This document shows positions 19,842 through 30,960 of a stretch of DNA of 64,000 nucleotides, piece after piece. The translations under genes and the position numbers were made by a program. The stretch spans positions 384,001-448,000 of the forward strand of contig CAXXUA010000015.1 in assembly GCA_963663765.2 (NCBI GenBank). The letters run 5' to 3'. Positions within the stretch are counted from its first letter, which is position 1. Each line of letters begins with the position of its first letter. The notes under the pieces are model-generated. The model was not told the DNA's origin and ran no database searches. It saw only the letters and a program-made list of their open reading frames with translations. Source of the DNA: Candidatus Poribacteria bacterium (lineage in GTDB: Bacteria; Poribacteria; WGA-4E; WGA-3G).

Positions 19842-22800
19842 ATGGGTAATAAAAAGTTTTTGATAAGTGTTATAGCTATACTTTCTTTGCTAATTTTGAC
19901 AATCGGTACACTATATATTCATAGCTTAGTATCAGGAGCAAAGACACGAGTAACTGTAGTATCAGTTGACCCCAAAGCAAAAAAGACACCACAACGGTCT
20001 GATTTTACGTTTACATTATCTGAACCTGTTATAGATAATTCTCTTTTGAACACAGAATTACCAAGCGGTGCAATTCAATTCTCACCTACTGTAAAGGGTG
20101 TTGCACGTTGGGTTGAACGGGACACGATTCGTTATTTTTCAGAGAGTCGCTTAGCTCCATCCGCTCGTTACAACGTTGAACTTTCTCCAATGTTAAAGCA
20201 AAGCACTTTGGGTTTTGTCATAACAGGTGAGCGAAAATACTCGTTTGAAACGGATCTTTTCCAAATACAAGAGAGGCAGCTTGAATTCAAATATACAAAA
20301 ACCCATGCTAAGGTTGTTGGTAAGTATAGATTCAATTATCCGGTAAATATTGCTGACCTTCGTGCAAACCTATCTGTTAAGTTAGAGGAAGATGTTGATA
20401 TTCAGTATACACTTCAACCACAAACCGGTATTGCATCAGAAGTTAATATAGAAACAGAAGAGATCCCGCGACTAATCGGAGACCAAGAACTACATGTCCG
20501 TGTTAAGAAAGGTTTCAAATGTACCGGTGGACTCATCGGCTTAAAAGAAGATAACGTCAGATCTATGACGTTGACTGGTCGTGACACACTCAGTGTGACT
20601 TATGCAAATGTTAGAGAAGGATCTGGAAGACCTAAAATATCTATACGATTTAGTTCAAACATACCTATTTATACCGTAGAACCATTTATTCAAATAAAAC
20701 CGGAATTAGAAACTCAGATAATTGCTCGTTATAGTAGCATAGAAATTCATGGTGATTTCAAGAGACGTACAAAATACCAAGTTACCATACAAGATGGACT
20801 AACCGCTCCAGATGGATCCATTTTAAAGAAGAAATTTACACGACAATTTACCATACCAGATGTACCTCCGCAAGTGCGTTTTGCTGGGAATGGTTTCTTC
20901 CTGACACGCAACCAGAATATGAACATTGCTTTAGCAACAATAAATGTGAATAAGGTCAATATTGAAATAGAAAGAGTTTTTGCTAACAATCTTATTTATG
21001 TTTCACGAGTAGGAAACTGGAGCACTTGGGCAGAAGATTTAGGGAAACCAATTCATACCGAAACTCTTGATATTCCATCAAAATTAAACGAAGAAGTACG
21101 TACCCACATCAATATAGGTCAATATGTAGACGAAAAGCGTACTGGTATATTTAAAATAACTGCAAGAAATAGTAATCAAAGATGGGTGCTTTCTACACAA
21201 TGGGTAATGTTAACAGACATAGGAATCATTGCGAAAAGAGCTGGCGATGAGTTATGGGTTTGGGTCAATTCACTCTCTAACTTAAAACCAATTCCTCTTG
21301 CTACAGTCAAACTCATCAGCGATAATAATCAAACGCTTTTCACCGGTAAAACAAACTGGGAGGGTTTTGTTAAATTTACATCAGTCAGTCAAAACATCGA
21401 AGGGTTTAACCCATTCCTGTTGACAGTAGAAAAAAGTGATGATCTCTCATTTGTTCAGTTAAACAGACACCAACTCTCCACAGGAGATTTCAACGTTGGT
21501 GGTTCCCCGTACTTAGACAAAGGATATGATGCATTTCTTTATACAAGTCGGGGTGTATATCGTCCTGGAGAAAAAGTTTCACTTGCTGGAATAGTTCGTG
21601 GAAATCTTAACATCACCCCACCATCTTTACCAACTCGTATACAGATATTAGCACCAGACGGTCGAATCGTCGGAGAATATCGTCAGAATACTGACAGTCG
21701 TGGCGGTTGTGAGGTTACAATTCCACTCGCTGCCTATGCTCAGACCGGTAATTACATTGCTAAGCTAAGTATAGCAGACAAAGAAGTCGGTCGTACTCAG
21801 TTTCAAGTAGAAGAATTCATGCCTGATCGAATGAAGGTTGGAATTACGACCAATTCTACTGAGTATGACTTAGGTGGAGAGGTATCAATGGATGTTTCAG
21901 CTGTCAGTTTGTATGGACCACCAGCTGCAAATCGAAAAGTAACAGCATCATATACGCTTGAAGCCGCCCCGTATATTCCAATTGAAAAGTGGCGTTCCTT
22001 CCATTTTTCAAGTTCTATATCATTTGAGAAACAGCGAATCGCGTTAGAAGATAGCCTAACTGGCGAAAATGGTAAAGCAAATTATAAATTCAAACTTCCT
22101 GAATCAGTACGTGCCCCTTCTCAATTAAATGGTGTTCTTACTGCTACTGTTAGTGAACCAGGAGGTAGAGCTGTATCTGCATCATACCGAGTAGCCATAC
22201 ATCCATATTCACATTATGTAGGACTGAAAAGATCTAATACTGGAACGGTACAACGTAATCAAGCTGTATCCTATAATTTTATCTCAGTGGACAAAGATGG
22301 TAATGCTATTGCCGATAGAGAATTAGTTCTTACAGTGAAAAAAGTTCACTGGAACACAATTCTACGGAGAAACAGTCAAGGTCGGTATGAATATGTTTCT
22401 GATAGACAAACCACAACTTTAGAAACGAATCAGCTTATCTCAACCACAGATATGGGAACATTTTCATTCACACCAGCAGAATATGGTGAATATCGCGTGC
22501 AGCTTGAGGATACTGCATCTGGTGCTATAACTGAACTTTCTGTGGAAACCTCAGGTTGGGGATATGTACCAATCTCAATGGAAAAGCCAAGTTTGCTGGA
22601 ATTAAGTTTAGATAAAGAAACATACAAAACTGGTGAAACTGCAAAACTTCAAGTAAAATCTCCATTTGCAGGAAAACTACTATTAACCATTGAACGTGAA
22701 AAAATACTGAGTTACCGAACCGTCAATTTAAGCGAAAATACTGCGACCATTAATATTCCCATAAAAAGTAGTTATAAACCGAACATATACCTATCGGGAA

Positions 22801-25283
22801 CTATAATCCAACCTACAAAATCTTTAAAGGAACATACACCCGCTCGTGCATTTGGAGTGATTCCCTTAAGAATCGATGCAAAAGCAAATCAGTTTGCTAT
22901 AGAACTTGATGCACCCGACGAAATTCGACCAAATACAGAGTTAATTGTTCAGTTTCGTGTCCGTGGAAATCGTAGTGCAAATTCTCATGTTACAATTGCT
23001 GCTGTTGATGAAGGTATACTGCAATTGACAGATTTTAATTCACCTGATCCACATAACTATTTTTTTCGACAACGTGGTCTGAAGACTCTTTCTTATGACC
23101 TATACTCAGCGATATTACCGGAGATTGATGCTGTTCTTGGTGATTCAAGTCCGGGTGGGGACGCCTCAGGAAACAGAAATGGTCGTGCGAAAAGACTAAA
23201 CGCTGCAAGTGTGATGCGAGTGAAACCTGTTTCTCTCTGGTCTGGTATATTAAAAACTGATCGTACTGGTCGAGGTTCTGTAAAATTCCAAGTGCCACAG
23301 TTTAATGGTTCACTCCGAATTATGGCAGTCGCATTTTCTGGGGAGTACTTCGGTTCTAGTGAGAAGTTCATTACAGTTCGTCAACCCATTGTCATTACAC
23401 CAACATTTCCACGTTTCCTGTCTGGTGGTGACAGAATTACATTCCCAATCAACGTCCATAACGGAACAGGTGAAGATGCTGAATTTCAAGTAGAAGTTAA
23501 AGCTACTGGTGATGTTCAGTTTGTTTCAAACACAAATGAAAAAGAAGGACTGATTGAGAAAGACAAAGCACAAAAACTTGCACAGATTGCTGTGAATAGC
23601 GAAGAACAATTCGTCTTTGAACTTCTTGCTCATGACTCCATTGGAAAAGCAACCTTCATAGTATCTGCTTCGGGTAACGAAGAAACCGCACAAATGACTG
23701 TCCAACTCCCATTAAGGTCAGCTGCACCTCCTGTAACTGATACAGGTCACGGTGTGGTCACTGAAGAAAATCCTGTGGAATTTGTTTTTCCATCCAATTT
23801 TATTGGAGAATCGTCGGATTTTGACATGTCTATCTCTCCATTTCCAGCAGTAGAATTTGCTGGAGGTATAAATTATCTTTTGAGATATCCGTATGGTTGT
23901 CTTGAACAAACTACAAGCCGTGTGTTTCCACTACTTTACTTTAGTGATATTGCTGGTACGGTGGATGATGAGTTTGCTGCTGATGGTCGTGCGGATTACT
24001 ATATTTCAGAAGGTATCAGCAAACTTGAGAGTATGTTAACTGCACAAGATCACTTTTCATATTGGCCAGGAGGAAATTATATTAACCACTGGAGTAGCAT
24101 TTATGCATCTCACTTCTTAGTTGAAGCACGTAAAGCTGGATATGAGGTGACTGACAGAGTTTATTCAAGTTTACTCAACGGTCTAAGAACCCAAGCAAAA
24201 CAAATATCAACTACTCAAAGAAAAGTGGAAAATTCCAAGAGGAACCAAATTGAACGTGCAGTATATGCATGCTATGTGTTAGCAGCAGCGGGTGAACCGG
24301 AAAAAGGCGTAATGAACTATTTTAAGAATAATTTGTTTAGCGGTCTTACAGATTATAGCCAGTTTCACTTAGCAGGTTCGTTTGCGCTGAGTGGAGATTT
24401 GGAAACTGCACTTTCAATGCTACCAGTTTCAGTTTCACCATTGAATGGTGGGAAACGTCAGTCTGGTCAAAACTTCAATTCACCAATTCGCTCACAAGCA
24501 ATTATCCTTGATGTACTTGCTGAAGTTAACGAAAACCACCCATCAATTCCAAATCTTGTCACCAATTTGAGCAAGGCCGCATCACAAAAAAATCGTTGGG
24601 GAACGACACAAGAAAATGCTTTTGCGTTTCTTGCATTAGGTAAGATGTTGAGGAAGAATATGGAAGGTGAATACGTAGGTACTATTACAGTCAACGATAC
24701 TCAACTTGCCGAATTTAACTCTACTTCTTCATCAGTCCGATTTACAAATAAAGATTGGGACGGTGCCCAAGTTAAAATCTCAATTGAAGGTAGTGGTAAC
24801 TGTTATTTCTATTGGACTGCATTCGGAATTCGTAGAGATTCCTATATTGAAGAATATGATCGTGATTTGCAAGTTCGTAGACGCTATCTAAATCAGGACG
24901 GAATTCCTTATGAAAACGGATTTAAACACGGGGATTTGGTTATTGCAGAAATCACTGTAAAAGCCTTAAATCAAAATTTGGAAAATGTTGTCGTAGTAGA
25001 TATGTTACCAGCAGGGTTGGAAATAGAAAACGCCAGATTAGCCTCACGTGCAGGAATTCCTTGGTTGAAAAAAGAAGATTTTAAACCTGATTACGTTGAT
25101 ATTCGCGATGACCGTATGATCTTTTTTGGTGCATTTCAGAGACAGCGGGAAAGAAAGTTCCATTATGCACTACGTGCTGTCACACGCGGAGAATTTACAT
25201 TGCCACCAGTAACAGCAGAAGCAATGTATGATCCAGCAAATTCATCAGTAGCAGGTACAGGAAAAATCAAGATTGTTGAATAG
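19842..25283 (+). CDS. Bacterial alpha-2-macroglobulin (YfhM-like)
   Basis: About 1810 aa; YRPGE, FQVEEFMPDR, AAVDEGIL; intact thioester YPYGCLEQTTS; WGTTQENAFA; AEAMYDP. AGGAGG RBS. Confidence 0.95.
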   Translation: MGNKKFLISVIAILSLLILTIGTLYIHSLVSGAKTRVTVVSVDPKAKKTPQRSDFTFTLSEPVIDNSLLNTELPSGAIQFSPTVKGVARWVERDTIRYFSESRLAPSARYNVELSPMLKQSTLGFVITGERKYSFETDLFQIQERQLEFKYTKTHAKVVGKYRFNYPVNIADLRANLSVKLEEDVDIQYTLQPQTGIASEVNIETEEIPRLIGDQELHVRVKKGFKCTGGLIGLKEDNVRSMTLTGRDTLSVTYANVREGSGRPKISIRFSSNIPIYTVEPFIQIKPELETQIIARYSSIEIHGDFKRRTKYQVTIQDGLTAPDGSILKKKFTRQFTIPDVPPQVRFAGNGFFLTRNQNMNIALATINVNKVNIEIERVFANNLIYVSRVGNWSTWAEDLGKPIHTETLDIPSKLNEEVRTHINIGQYVDEKRTGIFKITARNSNQRWVLSTQWVMLTDIGIIAKRAGDELWVWVNSLSNLKPIPLATVKLISDNNQTLFTGKTNWEGFVKFTSVSQNIEGFNPFLLTVEKSDDLSFVQLNRHQLSTGDFNVGGSPYLDKGYDAFLYTSRGVYRPGEKVSLAGIVRGNLNITPPSLPTRIQILAPDGRIVGEYRQNTDSRGGCEVTIPLAAYAQTGNYIAKLSIADKEVGRTQFQVEEFMPDRMKVGITTNSTEYDLGGEVSMDVSAVSLYGPPAANRKVTASYTLEAAPYIPIEKWRSFHFSSSISFEKQRIALEDSLTGENGKANYKFKLPESVRAPSQLNGVLTATVSEPGGRAVSASYRVAIHPYSHYVGLKRSNTGTVQRNQAVSYNFISVDKDGNAIADRELVLTVKKVHWNTILRRNSQGRYEYVSDRQTTTLETNQLISTTDMGTFSFTPAEYGEYRVQLEDTASGAITELSVETSGWGYVPISMEKPSLLELSLDKETYKTGETAKLQVKSPFAGKLLLTIEREKILSYRTVNLSENTATINIPIKSSYKPNIYLSGTIIQPTKSLKEHTPARAFGVIPLRIDAKANQFAIELDAPDEIRPNTELIVQFRVRGNRSANSHVTIAAVDEGILQLTDFNSPDPHNYFFRQRGLKTLSYDLYSAILPEIDAVLGDSSPGGDASGNRNGRAKRLNAASVMRVKPVSLWSGILKTDRTGRGSVKFQVPQFNGSLRIMAVAFSGEYFGSSEKFITVRQPIVITPTFPRFLSGGDRITFPINVHNGTGEDAEFQVEVKATGDVQFVSNTNEKEGLIEKDKAQKLAQIAVNSEEQFVFELLAHDSIGKATFIVSASGNEETAQMTVQLPLRSAAPPVTDTGHGVVTEENPVEFVFPSNFIGESSDFDMSISPFPAVEFAGGINYLLRYPYGCLEQTTSRVFPLLYFSDIAGTVDDEFAADGRADYYISEGISKLESMLTAQDHFSYWPGGNYINHWSSIYASHFLVEARKAGYEVTDRVYSSLLNGLRTQAKQISTTQRKVENSKRNQIERAVYACYVLAAAGEPEKGVMNYFKNNLFSGLTDYSQFHLAGSFALSGDLETALSMLPVSVSPLNGGKRQSGQNFNSPIRSQAIILDVLAEVNENHPSIPNLVTNLSKAASQKNRWGTTQENAFAFLALGKMLRKNMEGEYVGTITVNDTQLAEFNSTSSSVRFTNKDWDGAQVKISIEGSGNCYFYWTAFGIRRDSYIEEYDRDLQVRRRYLNQDGIPYENGFKHGDLVIAEITVKALNQNLENVVVVDMLPAGLEIENARLASRAGIPWLKKEDFKPDYVDIRDDRMIFFGAFQRQRERKFHYALRAVTRGEFTLPPVTAEAMYDPANSSVAGTGKIKIVE

Positions 25284-25388
25284 TTGACTTTCAATATGAC
25301 CTATTATTCTATGCCCAATCCTTAGGGCAAATTTCAGAAGTAAGGGAGGGTTTTACCTCTTCCCTCCCAACTTCTAATATGAAAAAAC

Positions 25389-27842
25389 ATGAAATATTTA
25401 CAACTCAAATTACAAAGTTCCCAGAATTCACTCATTGCCAAATTGGGAAATTTCTTGCGTAAGAGATGGTTTTTTGTTTGCATCCCTTTAATACCAGTCC
25501 TTCTTTTTGCAATTGCGAATTGGATATTCCCTTTACCTAAAGAAAAACTTAATCCTACACCATCAACTGTGGTTGTAGATAGAAATGGTGAGTGGCTTCG
25601 TGCATTTACATCAACAGATGAAATGTGGAGATTTCCCGAAACATCTCTTGAAAATGTGTCACCCTTAATCCAAAAAGCAATGTTGACGTATGAAGACAAG
25701 TATTTCTATCAACATTGGGGAATCAATCCAGTTTCTCTTGTGTATGCTACTATTGATAATATCAAAGCAAGAAGAGTAGTGCGAGGCGGTTCAACAATCA
25801 CGATGCAACTCGCACGGTTAATGGAACCAAAAGAACGTACAATCCCAAACAAACTGATAGAAATGTTTCGCGCACTACAATTGGAACTCACATATACAAA
25901 GTCTGAAATATTAACATATTACTTTAATATGTTACCCTATGGAGGAAATATCATCGGATCCGGAGCTGCTGCCCGACTTTATTTCAACAAACCACAGAGC
26001 GCACTGAGTCTCGGTGAAGCAGCACTCTTAGCAGCAATTCCGAATTCACCTGAATATCTTCGTCCTGATCGACATCCAGAAAACGCAAAAAAGGCAAGAA
26101 GGAAGGTTCTACTTCGAATGAAGACAGCAGGTGTAGTATCTGAGCAGCGGATACAAGAGGCGCTACAAGAACGAATACCTACAAAACGATATTCATTACC
26201 ATTTGAAGCACCTCATATATCACGATTACTTGCAAAAAACTCCATACCTTCAAATCAACAAAAACTTCATAAGTATGTCATAAACACGACAATTAATCAA
26301 AGATACCAAAAAATCTCAAAACGTATATTAACTGAACACTTATTACCTTTACAGAAACAAGGTGTCTCAACTGGAGCTGTTGTGGTACTTGATACAAATA
26401 GCCATGAAATACTTGCTTTGGTCGGTTCACATGATTTTTTTGATAAAGTAGCCGCAGGACAAGTAAACGGTGCACTTGCACTGCGGTCTCCGGGGTCAAC
26501 GCTCAAGCCCTTTATATATGCACTCGCAATAAATAAAGGACTTATCACCCCACAAACTTTAGTTTTTGATGTACCTGTGGATTATGCAGGTTACACACCT
26601 ATAAATTACGATTCTAAGTTTAATGGGTATTTAACTGCCCGTGATGCGTTATCAAGATCACTCAATGTTCCTGCTGTCAATCTATATGCAAAATTAGAAC
26701 GTAATCAACTTTATGATTTACTTCAACAAGGTGGTATCACATCCCTTACGAATCAGAGTGAGTACGGTCTTTCATTGGTACTTGGTGCTTGTGGCGTTAA
26801 TTTGCTTGAATTGACAAACCTATATGCTGGTTTAGCGAATATGGGAGAGTTTGCTCCATATCAGTTACTCTTAGCAAATGATATCGCGAGAGAAGACAAT
26901 ACTGTGCAAACTTCAATAAATTCAAAACCTACGAATAAACACAATTTCAATACGACACGTTTATTGCGAACTGATACCAGTTGGATTATCACTGAAATGT
27001 TGACGACTCTGAAACGTCCTGATTTTCCAGAATCTTTTGAAAAAACTGGAACCATGCCAAAAGTTGCTTGGAAGACAGGTACATCTTACGGTCATAGAGA
27101 TGCGTGGAGTATTGGATATTCACCCGAATTAACTATCGGTGTGTGGGTAGGAAATTTCAATGGAACTGGTGCGCCAATACTCACTGGTGCGGAAGCTGCT
27201 GCCCCCATTCTCTTTGCATTATTTACTGCACTTTCCGGTGAAAAATCTGAGCAGTGGTTTAGCGAGCCAGATAGTTTAAAAACACGTTTAGTATGTTCAC
27301 TCAACGGTCTTCCAATATCACAACACTGTCTGACATCTATAGAAGATGTATTTATTCCTGGGGTCTCTTCAGTACGTGTATGCAACATTCACAAGACCAT
27401 AAAGGTAGATAGTGTAACAGGTGAACGTCTATGTTCATCTTGTAGACAAGGTAGACATTTCCACGAAGAGAAAATAGCTGTGTTTCCAGCATCTGTAGCA
27501 ACTTGGTTAAATGCTAACGGATTTGCAATTCCTGTAATTCCGATACACAATCCCAACTGCAAACGTCCAATTGCAGGTAGTCATCCAATCATTCTTTCTC
27601 CAACCCGAAACACAGTCTATCAAATTCGTTCAAGCATCCCGGTTGAATATCAGAAAATTAAATTATCCGCATCTGTTTTTGGTGACACGCAAGATTTATT
27701 CTGGTTCTTAAATGGAGAACTCATATACAAGGGTGAAGCAATAGATACGACTTTTCTTACACCTACTGTAGGAAAACATAAACTAACTTGTGTTGATGGA
27801 GCAGGTAGGTCAACAAACCTTCTACTTACTATCGTTAAGTAG
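25389..27842 (+). CDS. pbpC: Penicillin-binding protein 1C
   Basis: EDKYF, GGSTITMQLAR, SPGSTLKP, SLN, KTGTS, C-terminal BiPBP_C; directly follows the A2M gene. Confidence 0.93.
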   Translation: MKYLQLKLQSSQNSLIAKLGNFLRKRWFFVCIPLIPVLLFAIANWIFPLPKEKLNPTPSTVVVDRNGEWLRAFTSTDEMWRFPETSLENVSPLIQKAMLTYEDKYFYQHWGINPVSLVYATIDNIKARRVVRGGSTITMQLARLMEPKERTIPNKLIEMFRALQLELTYTKSEILTYYFNMLPYGGNIIGSGAAARLYFNKPQSALSLGEAALLAAIPNSPEYLRPDRHPENAKKARRKVLLRMKTAGVVSEQRIQEALQERIPTKRYSLPFEAPHISRLLAKNSIPSNQQKLHKYVINTTINQRYQKISKRILTEHLLPLQKQGVSTGAVVVLDTNSHEILALVGSHDFFDKVAAGQVNGALALRSPGSTLKPFIYALAINKGLITPQTLVFDVPVDYAGYTPINYDSKFNGYLTARDALSRSLNVPAVNLYAKLERNQLYDLLQQGGITSLTNQSEYGLSLVLGACGVNLLELTNLYAGLANMGEFAPYQLLLANDIAREDNTVQTSINSKPTNKHNFNTTRLLRTDTSWIITEMLTTLKRPDFPESFEKTGTMPKVAWKTGTSYGHRDAWSIGYSPELTIGVWVGNFNGTGAPILTGAEAAAPILFALFTALSGEKSEQWFSEPDSLKTRLVCSLNGLPISQHCLTSIEDVFIPGVSSVRVCNIHKTIKVDSVTGERLCSSCRQGRHFHEEKIAVFPASVATWLNANGFAIPVIPIHNPNCKRPIAGSHPIILSPTRNTVYQIRSSIPVEYQKIKLSASVFGDTQDLFWFLNGELIYKGEAIDTTFLTPTVGKHKLTCVDGAGRSTNLLLTIVK

Positions 27843-27850
27843 TTAGGTAT

Positions 27851-28219
27851 TTACTTTTGGAAGGCTGCTATAATCAAACAACACCATCCAGCAATAAATG
27901 CTAAACCTCCAATAGGTGTTATTGCACCTAACCAACGCATTCCTGTCAAACTGAGAATGTAAAGACTACCAGAAAAGATGAGGATACCTGCCAAAAAACA
28001 CCATCCCGCTGCATTTGTCAATGCGTTTTGCCATTGAGACATTGCCCACGCAACAACAATTAATCCTATAGCATGATACATTTGATAACGCACGCCGACT
28101 TCAAAATAATCTAACATCTCTTTAGATAGACTATCTTTTAATGTATGCGCACCAAAAGCTCCGAACAACACACTCAATAAGCTAAATCCAGAGCCGAGTA
28201 CGAAGAAAAGGGTTTTCAT
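27851..28219 (-). CDS. DUF423 (YgdD/TMEM256) membrane protein
   Basis: GAFGAH, YQMYHA, IFSGSLY, LGAITPIGG. Confidence 0.93.
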   Translation of the reverse strand: MKTLFFVLGSGFSLLSVLFGAFGAHTLKDSLSKEMLDYFEVGVRYQMYHAIGLIVVAWAMSQWQNALTNAAGWCFLAGILIFSGSLYILSLTGMRWLGAITPIGGLAFIAGWCCLIIAAFQK

Positions 28220-28333
28220 GTTTTCTCCTATTTCAAAAGAATAAAATGATTGTATTTATTACACAATCTGATGTATAATTGACCAAAAGTTAAAAAATTC
28301 AGTAAAACACGATAAGTTAAAATTGAGGTGATA

Positions 28334-29413
28334 ATGCGGCATCTGATTACTCTTGATGATTTTTCAAATTTTGAAATTGAATCAATTTTCCGACTCGCTA
28401 TCGGTATGCAATCACAGTTGGATACTTGGGCAGGAATATGTAGAAGCAAATTACTTGCAACCCTTTTTTATGAACCGAGTACTCGGACACGACTTTCATT
28501 TGAAAGCGCGATGGAACGACTCAATGGAGGTACACTCGGTTTTTCTGACCCACAGGCAACATCTGCTACAAAAGGTGAAACGCTTGCTGACACAGCAAGA
28601 ATGGTTACAAACTATGCAGACATAATCGTTGTTCGACACAGTTGGGCAGGTTCAGCAAAGGTGATGGCTAAGTACGCAAACATTCCTGTGATTAATGGTG
28701 GAGATGGAAGCCATGCACATCCAACACAAGCTCTTACAGATCTCTTTACAATTATTCGTAGAAAATCAAAGGTACAAGGATTAACTGTTGGTGTTTGTGG
28801 TGATTTACGATATGGACGAGCTGCACATTCATTTGCTTTAGCAGTCGCAAGGTTCGGTGGAAAACTTGTTCACATCAATCCTAAAGGTTTACAAATGCCA
28901 ACATGGGTGCTTGCTCGATTAGCAGATGTACACGGACAGAAACCTATTGAAGTAGAAAATGTCAAAGAAGTTATAGAAACACTTGATGTCATTTATGTGA
29001 ATAGACTTCAAGAAGAACGCCTCCCAGCAAATGTTGATCCTAAGACTGTGAGAGGTAGTTATCTGCTGAATGCTACTGTGATGAACAACGCAAAATCTGA
29101 TGCAATCATCATGCACCCTCTGCCACGTGTAAATGAACTTGCTTATGAATTAGATGATGACCCTCGTGCTGCTTACTTTGAACAATCTGCAAATGCAGTA
29201 CCTATACGGATGGCACTCATAGCAAGTCTAATGGGTTTGGAAAAACTAATTTTGACACAACCTCCTAAAAGAAATATCAGTGAGACAACTCACAAATGTG
29301 AAAACTCTAACTGTATAACCAATCACGAGTCTTATCTTATATCTGAAAAGGAAACATTTAATGATAGTGAAGTAATACAGACTTGTGCATACTGTGGTAA
29401 CTTGTTTACCTGA
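28334..29413 (+). CDS. pyrB: Aspartate carbamoyltransferase catalytic chain with fused C-terminal PyrI-type Zn domain
   Basis: FYEPSTRTRLSFE, KGETLADT, HPTQAL, MHPLPR; tail CENSNCIT...CAYCG. Confidence 0.92.
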   Translation: MRHLITLDDFSNFEIESIFRLAIGMQSQLDTWAGICRSKLLATLFYEPSTRTRLSFESAMERLNGGTLGFSDPQATSATKGETLADTARMVTNYADIIVVRHSWAGSAKVMAKYANIPVINGGDGSHAHPTQALTDLFTIIRRKSKVQGLTVGVCGDLRYGRAAHSFALAVARFGGKLVHINPKGLQMPTWVLARLADVHGQKPIEVENVKEVIETLDVIYVNRLQEERLPANVDPKTVRGSYLLNATVMNNAKSDAIIMHPLPRVNELAYELDDDPRAAYFEQSANAVPIRMALIASLMGLEKLILTQPPKRNISETTHKCENSNCITNHESYLISEKETFNDSEVIQTCAYCGNLFT

Positions 29414-29449
29414 ATTATTACATTGTTCCAAAAAAATACTAACAATTGT

Positions 29450-30940
29450 CTATTCTTGAGTTGAATCCTTTGATTTTGGAATCTTGGAAACTAACCCATC
29501 CTTTTCAATTATAGCGAATTGGATCCAGCGCCAATTAAGTACTTGAGGTCCAACAGCTTCCCAACTACTATGGTAAGATAACATTGCAACATAATCCTTT
29601 TCTGAATCAGGAGAATTGTCTGTTAAAAATCTATTTTTTGTCAAGTTTGTATATGTAACTGGTTCACCACTATCCCATCTCCATACACCCTCTTCTTCAA
29701 CATCATTTAGACCTATCCAATAGTAATGATCCTGAAAGATAGTTTGAACCCAGAAAAGTTCTTCTTGGTCATTGATTGAAACCAAATGTGCATTTTCGTC
29801 AATAGCTTTACGTTGTGCATCCTTCCAATCTTGACAATTGATTTTAGCATAAGCATGTCCATTTGCAGGATTAATGATCCAAACTAATCTTTCTGATTTA
29901 ATATTTGCAATTTTATTAGGTCTATTATTATTATTAAGTAGGTTTCTAACAAATATTCTTGATTTATCCTGATTTAACTTTGTTGTCGTTTTCTTAGGTG
30001 ATTTATCATCAACAGGATTTCCATTTAACCTGATAACAAGTTCACTTGGATGAATTCCATGATCGAGTAAAAAAGGACCTACAGTTCCAGTAAAACCTTC
30101 ATAATTCACCTTTAAAGAATATAATCCTGGTTCTCCTCTTGATTGAGTAAAAAAACCATTGGGATCGGTTTTACATGCTTTTTGGTCAGTTTCACTTCCA
30201 CCTACAAAATGTGCAGTATGATAGTATATGACGAGATTAAGATGTGAATTTGCCACCGGAGTACCATCTTTATAAACAATTTGTGAACGAATCTTAAGGC
30301 TTCGTTTGACAGTGATTGTTACATCTTTAAGGTCAACCCCTGGCTTTACTCCAAACATAAGCCCTGGGAAATGGCTTATGTTCTCAGGATTGTAAAATGT
30401 TATCTTATTCAAACGAATGCTAACAATCTTCATACCTAACTCTTCATTTACATTATGGACATCAAAAACTACATGCTGATGAGGTATTGGTGGAATAATC
30501 TCAATCTTCTTTTCATCAGCTTTCTTCTTATTATCAACCTTTTTCCTCTCATCAAACTGTTCCTTAGATATAGCATCAATACTAACATATCCCGGTCTGA
30601 TTCCTGAAACACTGAAAGTCCCTTCTGAGTCTGTCTTCCATTTTGTAATATTTATTTGCGTTACATCTTTATTATTATCAATGATAGGTCTAATGGTTGA
30701 TAGTTCTGGCATCCTAACCATAGTATGATTGATATGAATGTTTGGCGTAGTTGATGATTGAATAGAAAATGTAAATCCTGGTATGGGTTGTCCTTCTGTA
30801 TCAACAACTTTGCCTGAAAGACTAATAGAAGAATTATCATTTGTATCTGTCTTATTTTCTTCAGCTACAATCCCTGTCGTAGTAGACATTATTATGAGTA
30901 ACAGTGATGCAAACTTTACTGAGTATAGTATATATTTCAT
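29450..30940 (-). CDS. Secreted protein: carboxypeptidase-regulatory-like domains plus C-type lectin domain
   Basis: Signal peptide; SGKVVDTEGQPIPG; C-terminal NGHAY...HLVSIND...YWIGLNDVEEEGVWRWDSGEP. Confidence 0.8.
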   Translation of the reverse strand: MKYILYSVKFASLLLIIMSTTTGIVAEENKTDTNDNSSISLSGKVVDTEGQPIPGFTFSIQSSTTPNIHINHTMVRMPELSTIRPIIDNNKDVTQINITKWKTDSEGTFSVSGIRPGYVSIDAISKEQFDERKKVDNKKKADEKKIEIIPPIPHQHVVFDVHNVNEELGMKIVSIRLNKITFYNPENISHFPGLMFGVKPGVDLKDVTITVKRSLKIRSQIVYKDGTPVANSHLNLVIYYHTAHFVGGSETDQKACKTDPNGFFTQSRGEPGLYSLKVNYEGFTGTVGPFLLDHGIHPSELVIRLNGNPVDDKSPKKTTTKLNQDKSRIFVRNLLNNNNRPNKIANIKSERLVWIINPANGHAYAKINCQDWKDAQRKAIDENAHLVSINDQEELFWVQTIFQDHYYWIGLNDVEEEGVWRWDSGEPVTYTNLTKNRFLTDNSPDSEKDYVAMLSYHSSWEAVGPQVLNWRWIQFAIIEKDGLVSKIPKSKDSTQE

Positions 30941-30960
30941 TAGAATTACTCCTTATAGGG

